A stretch of 64,000 nt of DNA from Styela clava. Lineage: Eukaryota. A program made the position numbers and the translations under genes. Below are positions 15,788 through 27,152 of the stretch, piece after piece; the stretch's first letter is position 1; each line of letters begins with the position of its first letter. The DNA is taken from assembly GCF_964204865.1 (NCBI RefSeq), contig NC_135258.1, positions 11,718,001 through 11,782,000 on the forward strand, read 5' to 3'. The notes below the pieces were generated by a model. It saw nothing but the letters and a program-made list of their open reading frames with translations, ran no database searches and had not been told where the DNA came from.

Positions 15788-15942
15788 TTTCCGATCGTCG
15801 AATAATCCCACTCGAGTGCCGGCTTAGTGAACACCAAGCAATCTTACAACAGCAGACAGAAAACCGTAAAACGCCAACTGCGACGAAGACTGGATATTCG
15901 AAACTGCTACACGATGAACAAACGCCCCCAACACACCTAGCA

Positions 15943-15951
15943 TGATGAAAC
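15943..15951 (+). promoter_or_regulatory. Candidate C/EBP-ATF (amino-acid response) element TGATGAAAC upstream of IARS1
   Basis: Matches TGATGxAAx about 155 bp upstream of the ATG in a relatively GC-rich stretch, next to a GTGACG half-CRE. Confidence 0.3.
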
Positions 15952-16918
15952 GTGACGCCGTGGACGAAAAAGGCCGTTGCCACATACCGGCCCGCCCTGT
16001 AGCTTTTGCTACGACTCTAACGGATTAATAGAATTGCTATTCAAAATAAGATATCATTTTTGAGTCAACTAAAATTTTAATTTTACATAAACAGACAAAA
16101 AATCCAAAATTAAAAAGTACAAATATAAAGCATATGTATGGTTGTGCGTAATGTCAAGAATCATCCCTCACAGAATGTGTTTACCAGCGGCATATTGTAT
16201 CCATCCGTTTGGAACATCTACCTAACTCACTTGCTATTCCCGCCCCGAATGATTGCAAAACCAAGCACGGGCTTGCGGTCACCGTGCTAAGCTTTTTAAA
16301 AACGACTCCCTGACCCAAAGAATGAAAATCCGATCTCAATACTTTTGAACGAAAGCTGCTGTCCTAATAATCACAGAACAACCTTTGCAATTCATGAAAA
16401 CTTTATTAAATTTTACGAATATCTTGTATCAAAAATGCAAATAACAGGCACCGACCACCTCATGTACAGCTATAACACTATCAAATGCGGATTGAAAATT
16501 TATGTTTCTGATACTGGGATCTAATAAATTTTCTGTACAAGAACGTGGCGAAGCGGTGAGGATCATTGTTGGCTTTATTATTCACTAAAATGTTGCATAT
16601 GAAATCTACCATCTCTAGCTAGACTTGCAACTCTGCTGTGAATTGACTTGGGCTTGTACTCGACAATGGTTAAGCGTAAACATTTTGAATAATTTGTCAG
16701 GCACACAACTTTATATCAAACCAATGGAGCATATCTCTATAAAGTGAGAAAATATCCTTATAACATTTTGTAGTTTTTGGATTGTTTTAAGAATTGCTGT
16801 CGTTTAACAGCATCGAACAATTGGAGTCTACACACAAAAGCCTCTTGGCTCAATACTTCATTGACAGAATTTTATCTCCTTCCTCTTTAGGAAAAATTGC
16901 CATTAGTAATAGGTAGTA

Positions 16919-19900
16919 TCATCTTCTACTCTTCTTCAATTTAGGTGTTTTTGCTGGCCGTAGGTACGGATTATCAATATTATCAGGAGTCCTCTCATTC
17001 GACTTGGAATCATCAGCTACCCTTTTCTGGCTAGATGATTTGTTTTGTCGTACATTTTGTTTTCCTGCATTATTCTGCAAAATTTGAAATTCCACGAATA
17101 GGTCAAAATTAAAAATAATATTTTTATGACTTGATTAAAATCGTTTTTATACCTCAGCAGCTGCTTCTTTTTCTAATTTCTCAGCCAAGTCATTCTCACA
17201 AGGCAGCAGAGCAGATAAGTACGGAATTGCAGGAGGAACTGCAGCAATCACTATTCAATACAAAAAATAGCAGTTAAGGCGAACAAAGTTGTACAGCTAT
17301 GTCACTCAATGAAAAAGTATATAACTATTTGTCCATGTGAGTTCTCGACTGGAAAAACCATTAATCCAATTTACATAGACATCCACTTCATGATAGCTAA
17401 TGATGCACATTCAAAATTCATGCAATAATAATTATGTTCACGATGGTTGGAACGTATGGGGACTCTGGTTTAAATCTGTAGGTGGATGATAATATTAGAC
17501 ATTAGAGATTATTGTTGTCACTTTGAAAACATAAAGGTTCTTCATGTAGCAAGTAGATCACAGCTTAATCTATCCAAATGAAATGTTAAAGTAAAACATA
17601 TCCTTATAATGCTCCCAGGTGAGAAACCATAGTTCATGACATCATTACACATTTTAATGATTATTCTCAGGAAATCAGGACTGATTTTCTAAGAAAACAA
17701 AATCTACTGAGGTGATTAAAGGGAGTAAAATTACATGGAAAAGCAGATTTGTCATCAGGAAGTAGTGCATGACTTGAACCAGTCTTTGCAATGAATCTTG
17801 TAAGAGCTCTTTCAACATCCCATCTCTGTGATGAACCCCTTTCTCGCAATAGACCATAATTATTTTCAGGTTCTTGTCCTGTCTATACAAACAGAAAGGT
17901 AAACTATAACCAGAAAACAGAAAATTCAGATAACTAGATGTCATGACAATAACACCCTTTAATCATGCATTCACAGAACAAATTCAAAAAACTAAAACGA
18001 CATTTCGGCATATTGAGTCACCAACTTCTACAAACAATAAATTAGTAACTTCCAATAAATCTTTAAACCTACACAAAATAGTAGCATATATTTTATATTC
18101 AGTATTATGTATTTTGAAATGCTCTGTACTTATGGTTTACAAGATGAACAATAATACCAATATCATCCATATCATTATGATATAATTACAATAGTCAGAA
18201 AATCTAACTTTTATCAACAAAATTTGTAATCCAGATAGCCAAGAATAGCTAACTAAATCCAAAAAAATTTGGAAAATTTCTGAGGGCTAATTTTGAATAA
18301 TCTTCTTGTACTTGCTATAAAGTTTGAGAATTTCAATTAGCAAATCGCAGGTTGTTTAAATCAATGATTATCTCAAAGATTGATTCTCTACTCAAATGTG
18401 CACACGCCTTGGTGTTTAGCAATATCATTACAAAAAAGTATTCTTACCAATGTCCTAACATAAGTATGAGGATCTGGAAATTTAGGATAAGTAGAATTTT
18501 CCGGAATATGTGTTGGAAAGTTTCTTCGTTCACCAACAAGAAGAACATTTGGATTTTGTGAAGATGTTGTCTTGGAAACTATAAACATATAAATAAGACT
18601 TTAATACTTTGTGAGACTTCAGACTTTAATACTTCATTCAGGTGATGAAGTAGTCTATTCAATAACCTAAAAATGTAGTGATCGATAATTGAATGATTAA
18701 TTGTACACTTTCTATATCGTTAATCCCGCAATGGTTAGCAAATAAATTTCAGCAATTTGTTATGTTATGTGAACGATGTTTAGAAAGAAAGACATTTTGA
18801 AATTCGAACACTCTGCTACTTAAATTAACAAATTAACTGGGTAATTTTTTTTTCAAAAAGAATTTTCAATATGACTGGTCCAAACCATAATTCTGTGTTG
18901 CACAATTTTTCCTTTCTTCCAATAAATTTACATATTTCTTTCAGCAATTTATTCATTTTTGGGTCATAATTAGTTACCTTGCTTTGAGAGATATATTCAT
19001 ATGAAAAATTCAAATATACAAATCATATAAGTGTTGAAATATAAAAAGTCAGAAGCAAATGAATAACAAAGACATACCAAATTCACCTACAGGGGTGGTG
19101 ACTCCTTTAAGGCCCATGGGCCGGGGCCACGGCCCATCTAATTGGGCCACATGGTCCGTGGCGGCCCATCAGAAAAAATTCAATTGTCCTACCAAAATTT
19201 TCAATTCTTACAAAATTGTCAATATTCGAACAAAAAAAAATCGCGGGATGCCATCAAACCTTTTTCTTGCGATAAGCCTTTACATAACAAGATAGCTATG
19301 CTCAAATATATGGACACGTAGCGCCACCTAGTGGGAATAATTTTAATGACGTCGTAGTGAAAAAAAAGTAATAGCCTTCTGGAGAAAAATTTTATCTTCA
19401 ACCACTAAAAATTTCAAAGCAATTGGTCCAGTATTCGAAGAGAAAAGCGATTTCTTCAAAACGTGTCAAAGAACAACAGTGAGAACAACAACAACATAAT
19501 ATTGAAATGATCGCTATGTCCACTACGTGTCCAAAAATAAAGCAAAATACTAAGCTACAGAAAAGGATACACCTGAAGTATGTGTACCAGGTTAGGAAAT
19601 TAGGACAAAACTTTGTTCAGATTTTTCACATTATAGTTCTATTATAAGTTCGGGAAGTGGGTAGGATTTACATATTTATTAGTCTTTATTATTTCATCCC
19701 ATTACACAACTTGATGGGCCGCGGCCCATTTCAATGGGCCGTAGACGAATCACCACTCCCACTCAAATTCACCTACTCCACAATCATAAACCTTTTGTAT
19801 GAAACCGAAAAAAGAGTTTGAACATTTTTGAATAAGTTGAAAAATAACTAACTGACCTTCACCAATGGAAACTCTTCGCTTATTTCTTATAAAGTCAGGC

Positions 19901-21236
19901 AGTGTATTGAATTTGAATCCTGCATCAGCCAATGCAGTTTGAATATCAAGAAGTGTTGGAAGACTTCGTCCTCCTATTTCGCAGTATTGGCGAGTACTTC
20001 TGGCTATCTCTGTTAAATCTTCAGTGAATAAAATACATATTCAGTTTCAATTGAACAAATTCTATTGATGTAATAACTAATCATTAACACTGATTTAGAT
20101 GCAATGATTAATTCCATTTCACTGAGTTTCAATATCCCTACAAATGTGTGGAGAAATTGGTCTGACAGGTCAAGAATAATCTCTTTTTTAATGTAAAATT
20201 CACTTCTTAATGTAAAATTATTCAAATATTGACAACATGTATTGCTTTTTACCTATCTCACTAATAAAACTAACTACACCATGCCATATTAATATCACTC
20301 TTTGTGAAATAACTAACTTAGATGTTCAAAAACCTTGTTCAGTCGAGAGATTTATTAGCCATTGAAAACGTTAATGATGTTGAACTATAGAAATAAGTTG
20401 CCAAGTTGAACATTATTTGACATAAAAATATAAAAACGACCACGGCTTATCGATTAGGCAGGATTAAAAAAAATTTCAATAATAAAGGTTATTGTCAAAA
20501 CATGTGAAACTGTAGAAAGAACAAGCTAATATAGTTAGCATTGCAATTATATGATGAAATCTGGAAATGGTTCACTTGCAAAATAAATAAAAGCACTTGG
20601 AATTATAGAAAGATCAAAACATAGTATTCAACAAAACTCCATTTTGTTATGTATATTACGTGCATTGTTATGATAATATTATCGATTTATCATGGTTTAG
20701 ATTTGATGTAAATATCTTCAGTTAATCGCAATACCACTGGTAAATAGGGAAAGAAGAACATTACCTCAATTAACAACATATATCTATATATTGCTGTATC
20801 AGTGTACTAAGTTTGTTAAAGATTGAATTTTATATTTCCAACCTTTCAAGACATTTAATTTATGGCATTTACTTACATAACAGCCCGAAGTTCAATACAT
20901 TAGCGTATTTTTGTTTGTTTATGTCTGGCCCAAATCTCTCTATAGCAGGTTTTTTTTTTTTGTAATTTTTTTGTGCATGTGCTGTTTTAAACTTTTTTAA
21001 AGGTTTTGCTCGCTTTCCAGAATTCTTCATTTTTGTGTATTATGGAGTTTTCAGAATTAACTATCTATCTATCATTGACATACAAAAATCCACTTACAGC
21101 TTTGTGCAATTTCTGTCAATGTCTCCAGTGCGGACTTTCGAACAAACTCGCAGCCGTTTTCCACACACACTGCACCAATGGCTGCAGTAAGGCCTTGTCT
21201 ATATGCCACAGATGGATCAGTTCCTTCTTGAGACAT
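16919..21236 (-). CDS. TAF8: Transcription initiation factor TFIID subunit 8 (6 coding exons)
   Basis: ATG 21236 MSQEGTDPSVAYRQGLTAAIGAVC...SALETLTEIAQS (21098-21236); YLTEIARSTRQYCE...PTLLDI (histone fold, ~19857-20018); PTHIP...FPDPHTYVRT (~18449-18579); SQRWDVERALTRFIAKTG (~17735-17884); LIAAVPPAIPYLSALLP (~17153-17250); IDNPYLRPAKTPKLKKSRR* with TGA at 16919-16921. AATAAA on the minus strand at ~16402-16407. Confidence 0.93.
19090..19760. mobile_element. hAT-like MITE hosting the HINE and a Merlin-MITE fragment (TAF8 intron)
   Basis: CAGGGGTGGTGACTC...GGCCCAT repeats at the left; ATGGGCC repeats...GAATCACCACTCCC at the right (imperfect TIR). Confidence 0.55.
19286..19536 (-). mobile_element. 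Helentron-associated non-autonomous element (HINE / DINE-1-like)
   Basis: Asymmetrically placed subterminal inverted repeats TGGACACGTAG (19311-19321) and CTACGTGTCCA (19523-19533); short terminal hairpin; (AAC)n tract; A/T-run flanks; no TSD. Confidence 0.65.
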
Positions 21237-21359
21237 TTTAACAACTGAACACGAAATTTCTGCAACATCAAATGAAGAAAAGCTACCCACGGAAGCTGTG
21301 AAAAAACTGCTGTATCTTTGGTGGCGAATGTGTCCTATAGTGGTGGTAGCATAAAAGTC

Positions 21360-21640
21360 ATATTGGGGATGGCAGAATAGGGATGGCGAAATACGGTCGA
21401 AAAGTGGCAGATTAGGGATGGCGAAATAGGGACGAAAAGTCAAATTGGGGATGGCGAAATGCGGTCGAAGCGTGGCAGATTAGGGATGGCGAAATGCGGT
21501 CGAATGGTGGCAGATTAGGGATGGCAAAATGCGGTCGAAGCGTGGTGGCAGATTAGGGATGGCAAAATGCGGTCGAAGCGTAGTGGCAGATTGGGGATGT
21601 CAAAATGCGGTCGAATTGTGGAGCAGATTAGGGATGGCGA
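21360..21640 (+). repeat. Tandem array, 35/38-bp unit TTAGGGATGGCGAAATGCGGTCGAAGCGT(GGT)GGCAGA (left arm of outer element)
   Basis: About 8 units read directly. Confidence 0.9.
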
Positions 21641-21734
21641 CGTTTGAGAAAGTGAAGGGCATGGTGTCAGTGTTACCGTACCGTACATCGGTACCGGTAC
21701 CATTAGTGGTGGTAGCCTAAAAGTCTCATTGCGC

Positions 21735-22450
21735 GCAGCGCATTAGGAGCAGCGCATTACGCACAGTGAGGCCGCATTAGGAGCAGCGCATTGGGCACAG
21801 TGAAGCCGCATTAGGCGCAGCGCATTGGGCACAATGCGATATCGCATTAGGAGCAGCGCATTGGGCACAATGCGTGGTGGCATTAGGAGCAGCGCATTGC
21901 GCACAGTCAGGATTGACAATTCATCCATCCATTTTATCATTGTTTATGGAATCTATAATGACAAGCTAGACACGACTTTTAAAAAGTAGCAACAGTAATT
22001 CGACTTGAATTGGTACTCGAATTTGCTGGAACTCGGCTGATGATACGTTACTGTAATTTGCTCGTTGCGAGCATCGCATTAGGAGCAGCGCATTGGGCAC
22101 AGTGAGGCCGCATTAGGAGCAGCGCATTGGGCACAGTGAAGCCGCAATAGGCGCAGCGCATTGGGCACATGCGAGATCGTATTAGGAGCAGCGCATTGGG
22201 CACAGTGAAGCCGCATTAGGCGCAGCGCATTGGGCACAATGCGAGATCGCATTAGGAGCAGCGCATTGGGCACAATGCGTGGTGGCATTAGGAGCAGCGC
22301 ATTGCGCACAGTGATGCCGCATTAAGAGCAGCGCATTGAGCACAGTGAAGACGTATTAGGAGCAGCGCATTGGACACAATACGTGGTCGCATTAAGAGCA
22401 GCGCATTAGGCACAGTGAGGCCGTATTAGCAGCAGCGCATTACGCACAGT
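21735..22450 (+). repeat. Tandem arrays, 34/36-bp unit TTAGGAGCAGCGCATTGGGCACAGTGAGGCCGCA, in two blocks (~21735-21910 and ~22070-22450)
   Basis: Units read directly; each block is followed by a related CAGGATT...GGAATCTATAA...TTCGACTTGA segment. Confidence 0.9.
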
Positions 22451-22889
22451 CAGGATTTAGCATTATTTATGGAATCTATAAAGTCGAACTCGACTTTTAA
22501 ATAGAATTCGACTTGACTTGGCAATCGAATTTGCTGGGACTCGGACCGGTGATATGTAGCCCCAATTTTATGGGGTATTCCATACATCCCATTCAACAAG
22601 GCTTTGCATAAGAAGTTACTAATACATCTGCTATGCATTTTAGAAAAAAGTTATGAGTGTTCCCATAAATATGTGCGATTAATTCACATGATGATTTCAA
22701 CTTTCCTCCATCCTGAATTGAATGCAATTATATCGTTCTTAACCTCGATCTTTATGCAAAATAAAAACAACAGCAGTGGAAAATGATATTATGTTTAATT
22801 ATACCACACACATAACATAAAGGAAAGAGATTTGAACTGTCATTTATTAATATTTTTTTCTAATCACTTATAGTCATAACATATTTTAA

Positions 22890-23318
22890 TTATTTGCTTA
22901 TATCTTTGAAGTTTATGCTCAGATGTCTCAGCTCTGGAAGGAGTTTCTTCTGATGATATTTTAATTGTTTGACCATACGGCGGGTTCTTTTTTGAAATTT
23001 AGGTCCATGTTCACTTCCACCTTCATGCATCAAAACCCCAGCTGCGTGAACCATTTCGTGTATTATTATTCCCAACCTTTTCTCCCTAGATTTGATAAAA
23101 ACGATTGAGAAGTCTTTATATATCGAAACTTATTTATCCGTTTCCTCTGGCTCATTTTTTGACGACTTCATGAAAATGTTTCGTAAAGCTTCGAAATGTA
23201 TCCCTGTGGATTCGCAGTCGTCGCAAGTCCATTTCGAATCTTCTTCGTGGTTTACTTCAGGAGGTTCTCTTAGACATTTTCTGTGAAACTAAGTTCCGCA
23301 TGCCACGCATTTATGCAT
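22890..23318 (-). pseudogene. PHD-finger + SprT-like zinc metalloprotease fusion, disrupted by 2 in-frame stops (cargo of the inner foldback)
   Basis: One frame: MHKCVACGT*FHRKCL...KWTCDDCES...FEALRNIFM...DK*VSIYKDFSIVFIKSREKRLGIIIHEMVHAAGVLMHEGGSEHGPKFQKR...*. Stops at 23289-23291 and 23130-23132. CxxC-x4-HxxC...WxCxxC fits a PHD finger; HEMxH...HGxxF fits the SprT/GCNA family. Confidence 0.72.
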
Positions 23319-24004
23319 TTTTCACCGTCGTCAGGCATACGGCGCGCGTATTAATTTGAATTCATACTACAGTATAGGAAGACGTGCACTTGTGATATTT
23401 ACTGTCCGAGTCCAATCCACCTTGGTTGGCTTTTATATTGGGTGCATTGCTGTTTTATTCTTTATATTTAATCTTAGTCTTATTTCGGTGGGTGTGCAAA
23501 GCGTGTTATATTGATAAAATATATATTTTTAAACATAAAAAATAATGTAATTGAAACTGATTAGCTATTTTGGGGATTAGACATTGTAGATACTGAGAAT
23601 TACATTCGATTTTGGAATGTTTAGTTTCCAGGACTGGTGCATATAGTAAAGTTGCAAAATTGCGTATGTCCCCAAGTCATTGACACATTTCTGACTAAGT
23701 CACAGTGCGTTAATTAACTGCGTCATACAAATTAACTCAAATCCGGCAACAATCAAAAAATTGAACCATGACAAATTATTGACTCTCAATGGCATAACAA
23801 TATCATTAGGAAGTTTTTTATGTTTTTCTCAAAACTGCTAAATATGACTTACGCAATTCGGTTATTAGCGTGACGATATTTAAAAAAAAAACGATTGGAA
23901 ATGTTTATTGATAAATGGAAACTGGAAAAGAGCAATTTTGGAAAAAGTTTTATAGTTACTCATAGCCATTTAGGCATAAACAATCAAAGTTGTATAAGGC
24001 TTTG

Positions 24005-24114
24005 GGTACTCGTGAAGTATGTGCACCAAGATGTCGCACAACCTGAACCCTAACCTTGTGTACAACCTGAGTTCAGGTTGTGCGCCATCTTGGTGCGCAT
24101 ACTTCAGGTCGTCC
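24005..24114. mobile_element. ~110-bp palindromic MITE, Merlin-like
   Basis: 8-bp TSD AGGCTTTG (23997-24004 and 24115-24122); starts GGTAC; near-perfect foldback TGAAGTATGTGCACCAAGATG...CATCTTGGTGCGCATACTTCA. Confidence 0.8.
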
Positions 24115-25359
24115 AGGCTTTGTTTAATAAAAGTTCTATAGATTGCCTTTTACCCCATTGAAACAACTCGAACAATTTAAGCCACATGTTTTGTGTTTCT
24201 GGCTATATTTTATCGGTGTACATCACCCACACATGAATATGCATTTAATGCTACATACCGTCAATATGATGATAAATATCATTATGATAAATACAGGAAA
24301 ATCACAAAAACAACATATAAAATGATTTGATTTTAAAATAAACATTGCCGCAATCAGAAAATGGTTTGTTTTTAATTTTCTATAAGATTTGCGCTTGACC
24401 TATTCAGTTTAAAAAAGTATTCAGACATAAACTGGTACTTCCATGAACAGTTTACCAGTTACATTTCCTTAATAATTTACATTGAATAATCAAAATCTAA
24501 TAAATACTGCCTCACTTCTGAAAATATACTCTGAAGTTCACAAATATGTTAAATCTTGTAACGCATTATCGCTTTTATATTTCTCTATTTTAATGTTTTT
24601 TCCACGATTTAAATTAATTTTGAACTCAATCTATATCTTCAATGATTATTCTGAACTGAATTATATGTGATTCAGAATCATGGGGCAAATTTAAGTCAGA
24701 TGTGTTTTTCCAACGTTTCGTTGGATCATAGCAAGAATTCTTTGAACAAACATACTTATGATAAAAAAGCAACCGCAAGTAAACATGCACAGTGAGAATC
24801 GCGCCTGGTATGTTGAAGAATCAATGAAACTTTTGAATGCATCATTAACAGTGGGGAACTTGGATGATAAAGCTGATTGAAAAGTATTCAGCGGATTTAT
24901 ATTGAGTAATTTATGTCAATAAGTATGGCATTATCTCTTTTCACGAAATAACAGGTATATTTGTAAGCTTTCGTTAGATCATAGTCTAACTCCTTTAGAC
25001 AAACAAGCTATAACTGCAGATATGAATGTTTTCTGATCCTCATGTCCAAAATAGTTTGCAGTCGTCTATAAATCTTCGGTATGTCTTAATAATCATTATA
25101 TTCTCATCGAAGTTATCTGGCACAATAAGACAAATATATTTTCCTATTGTTTCGTCTGACCAATTTCAGACATACATGATTCCACTGTAACAACAAAAGG
25201 CAAAGCTGTTAAATTACAGTAACGTGTCACCAATCTAGTTCTATCAAATTCGAGTACCAAGTCAAGTCGAATCACTGTTGCTACTATCTAAAAGTCGAGT
25301 CTGGCCTGTCCTTATAGATTCCTTAAACAATGATAAAATGGATGGATGAATTGTCAATC

Positions 25360-25612
25360 CTGACTGTGCACAATGCGCTGCTCCTAATGCGACCTCGCAT
25401 TGTGTCCAATGCGCTGCTTTAATGCGATCTCGCATTGTGCCCAATGCGCTGCGCCTAATGCGGCTTCACTGTGCCCAATGCGCTGCTCCTAATGTGATCT
25501 CGCATTGTGCCCAATGCGCTGCGCCTAATGCGGCTTCACTGTGCTCAATGCGCTGCTCCTAATGCGGCCTCACTGTGCGTAATGCGCTGCTCCTAATGCG
25601 CTGCGCGCAATG
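25360..25612 (-). repeat. Inverted copy of the 34/36-bp array (right arm of inner element)
   Basis: Reverse-complement units such as TGTGCCCAATGCGCTGCTCCTAATGCG. Confidence 0.9.
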
Positions 25613-26256
25613 AGACTTTTAGGCTACCAACCCCTCTCACCGGTACCGTACGAACATTTTAAGGTTCTTAAGTTTAGCATGTAGCCTAAATGTACCTGCA
25701 TATGCCAGGATACGGTAATAGGTACCACCTACCGGTACGTACCGTAGTGAGTACGGTACCGGTATGTGGCCCATTACAGCATTACCGTAATCTGTTAATG
25801 CTAATCCAGTCCTTGACGGCATGGGCAGTGTAGAGAATGGCAGTAGACAGAAAATAAGAGATTTAACATTCTTCTGGTTCAAATTAGGCTACTCTGGCAA
25901 TTGTTTTGGTGGTAATTACAAGGACAGTACGGTACCGGTACCGTACCAAGACTTGGACTTTTAATTAATATGGTAACGGTAGACTACGGTACCGGTACGG
26001 TACCGTATCATTGGACTACGGTACCGGTATGCCTTCGCGGTGGAATTATTGTGTGGCAAGATGTAGGCACGAACACGGTATGTCAAATTGAGACTGGTAA
26101 CATTGCAGCATTGTGTGGAGCAAGCGATAAACTAAAAAGTGAAACTGCTAAAGCCATTTGACTGTTTGAGTGAACTCCGCAGACCTAAGCAAAAAGTTAA
26201 TATGCATTCTAACCATTTGATATATTTAATTGCTGAATTGTCTAACTTCAAATTAG

Positions 26257-26535
26257 CAGTGGTGTGGCTCATCGCATGCTAAGCCTGTGAGCGCAATAAG
26301 CTTGGCATCGCACCTCTTATTACTTACACTATGTCAGTCTGTGTAGGTTCGCAGGGTAAATGTGGAGATTGTTAGGAATACGCTCGTCACCCCATGGTTA
26401 TGTGCGAGAGGATTACTGGACTCCTCGTCGCAGTTGGGTGGTTCACATAACTGCTGGTCGGTCACAGCTTCCTCCACCATCCAGCCATCTGGTCCATTAT
26501 CTCTCTCCTGGGATAGATATGTAGATCCTATCGTT
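26257..26535 (+). mobile_element. tRNA-derived SINE-like element; relatives at ~4944-5100(-), ~9785-10078(-), ~12110-12315(-) and ~34795-34929(+)
   Basis: A-box-like TGGCTCATCG head; B-box-like GGTTC(A/G)AATCC seen in sister copies; shared 3' end CTCTCC..GGGATA(A/G)ATATGTA(A/G)ATCCTATC. Confidence 0.6.
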
Positions 26536-26782
26536 AATCCGAGCGAGACACATGTCATGTTAATTAACTGTAGTAAAAGCCCCGAACTTCCAATTCCATT
26601 ATAAAATTTGATCGTAAATGACATTAAGTCTATAATGACTACTTGAAACTCTGTCAAGTATTTTGATATAATTTCAGATATGAAGATTAAGGTTATCTAG
26701 TCTTTAGGGATATTGCTGCAATGACTGAAGTGAGTCTATTTGTGCCAGAAAGGGGATCAAGAACTTTATAGTTTGCACTTTC

Positions 26783-27152
26783 AACAAGAGAGCGATGCTC
26801 AAATATATGGACATGCAGCCTGAGCGAAGCAGTAGTCCAGCTTACCTTTGACGGTTCGCTAAACACTAGAAGCACCAATGTTCGCTGACCTCGTGACCCG
26901 CTGCGCACGATGAACCGCCACATGGTGGCAATTTTTGATGAGGTCATAGCACAAAAGAAATGAATTCCATGCAGCTCTCAGAAATATTGGAAATACATGA
27001 AAGTAATAGCCTTCAGGCAAATCAATCTTAAACCATTGAAAATTTCAAGGCAATTCGTCCAGTAATCAACAAGAAAAGCGGTTTTTCAATATGTGTCAAA
27101 GAACAACAACATAATAACAAAACGATCCATAGGTCCACTACATGCGCACAAA
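26783..27152 (-). mobile_element. HINE copy, same family as 19286-19536
   Basis: Shares ACAAGAGAGCGATGCTCAAATATATGGACA, AAGTAATAGCCTTC, AGAAAAGCG and GTCAAAGAACAACA...GTCCACTAC. More diverged relatives at ~55465-55710 and ~57040-57190. Confidence 0.62.

Larger units (their letters stand above)
21701..25638. mobile_element. Nested foldback DNA transposon (inner element, 3.9 kb)
   Basis: Direct repeat ACCGGTAC at 21693-21700 and 25639-25646 (can also be read as 9 bp). Inverted arms ~21710-22060 versus ~25210-25630 comprise GGTAGCCTAAAAGTCTCATTGCGCGCAGCG, 34/36-bp tandem units and about 150 bp of unique arm sequence. Confidence 0.9.

Noticed and set aside
16263-16298. Hairpin AGCACGG...CCGTGCT plus T-run resembling a terminator or ncRNA end
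   Set aside because: Eukaryotic context and no recognisable RNA family.
15788-16918. TAF8-IARS1 as a trans-spliced operon
   Set aside because: About 0.6 kb separates the TAF8 polyA signal from the IARS1 ATG and it includes a promoter-like stretch; not supportable without transcript data.
21237-21443. N-terminal extension of TAF8 in ORF 21072-21443
   Set aside because: It runs into the transposon arm; TAF8 similarity begins near the Met at 21236.
21515-22309. Repetitive ORFs (e.g. NALLLMPPRIVP) here and at 25262-25444 and 33712-34097
   Set aside because: Translations of stop-poor GC-rich tandem repeats.
21360-22450. ~35-bp repeat arrays as a CRISPR array
   Set aside because: Units are contiguous with no unique spacers, there are no cas genes, the context is eukaryotic, and the arrays form inverted transposon arms.
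26334-26947. ORFs of 80-107 aa
   Set aside because: They overlap SINE and HINE repeats and show no protein motifs.
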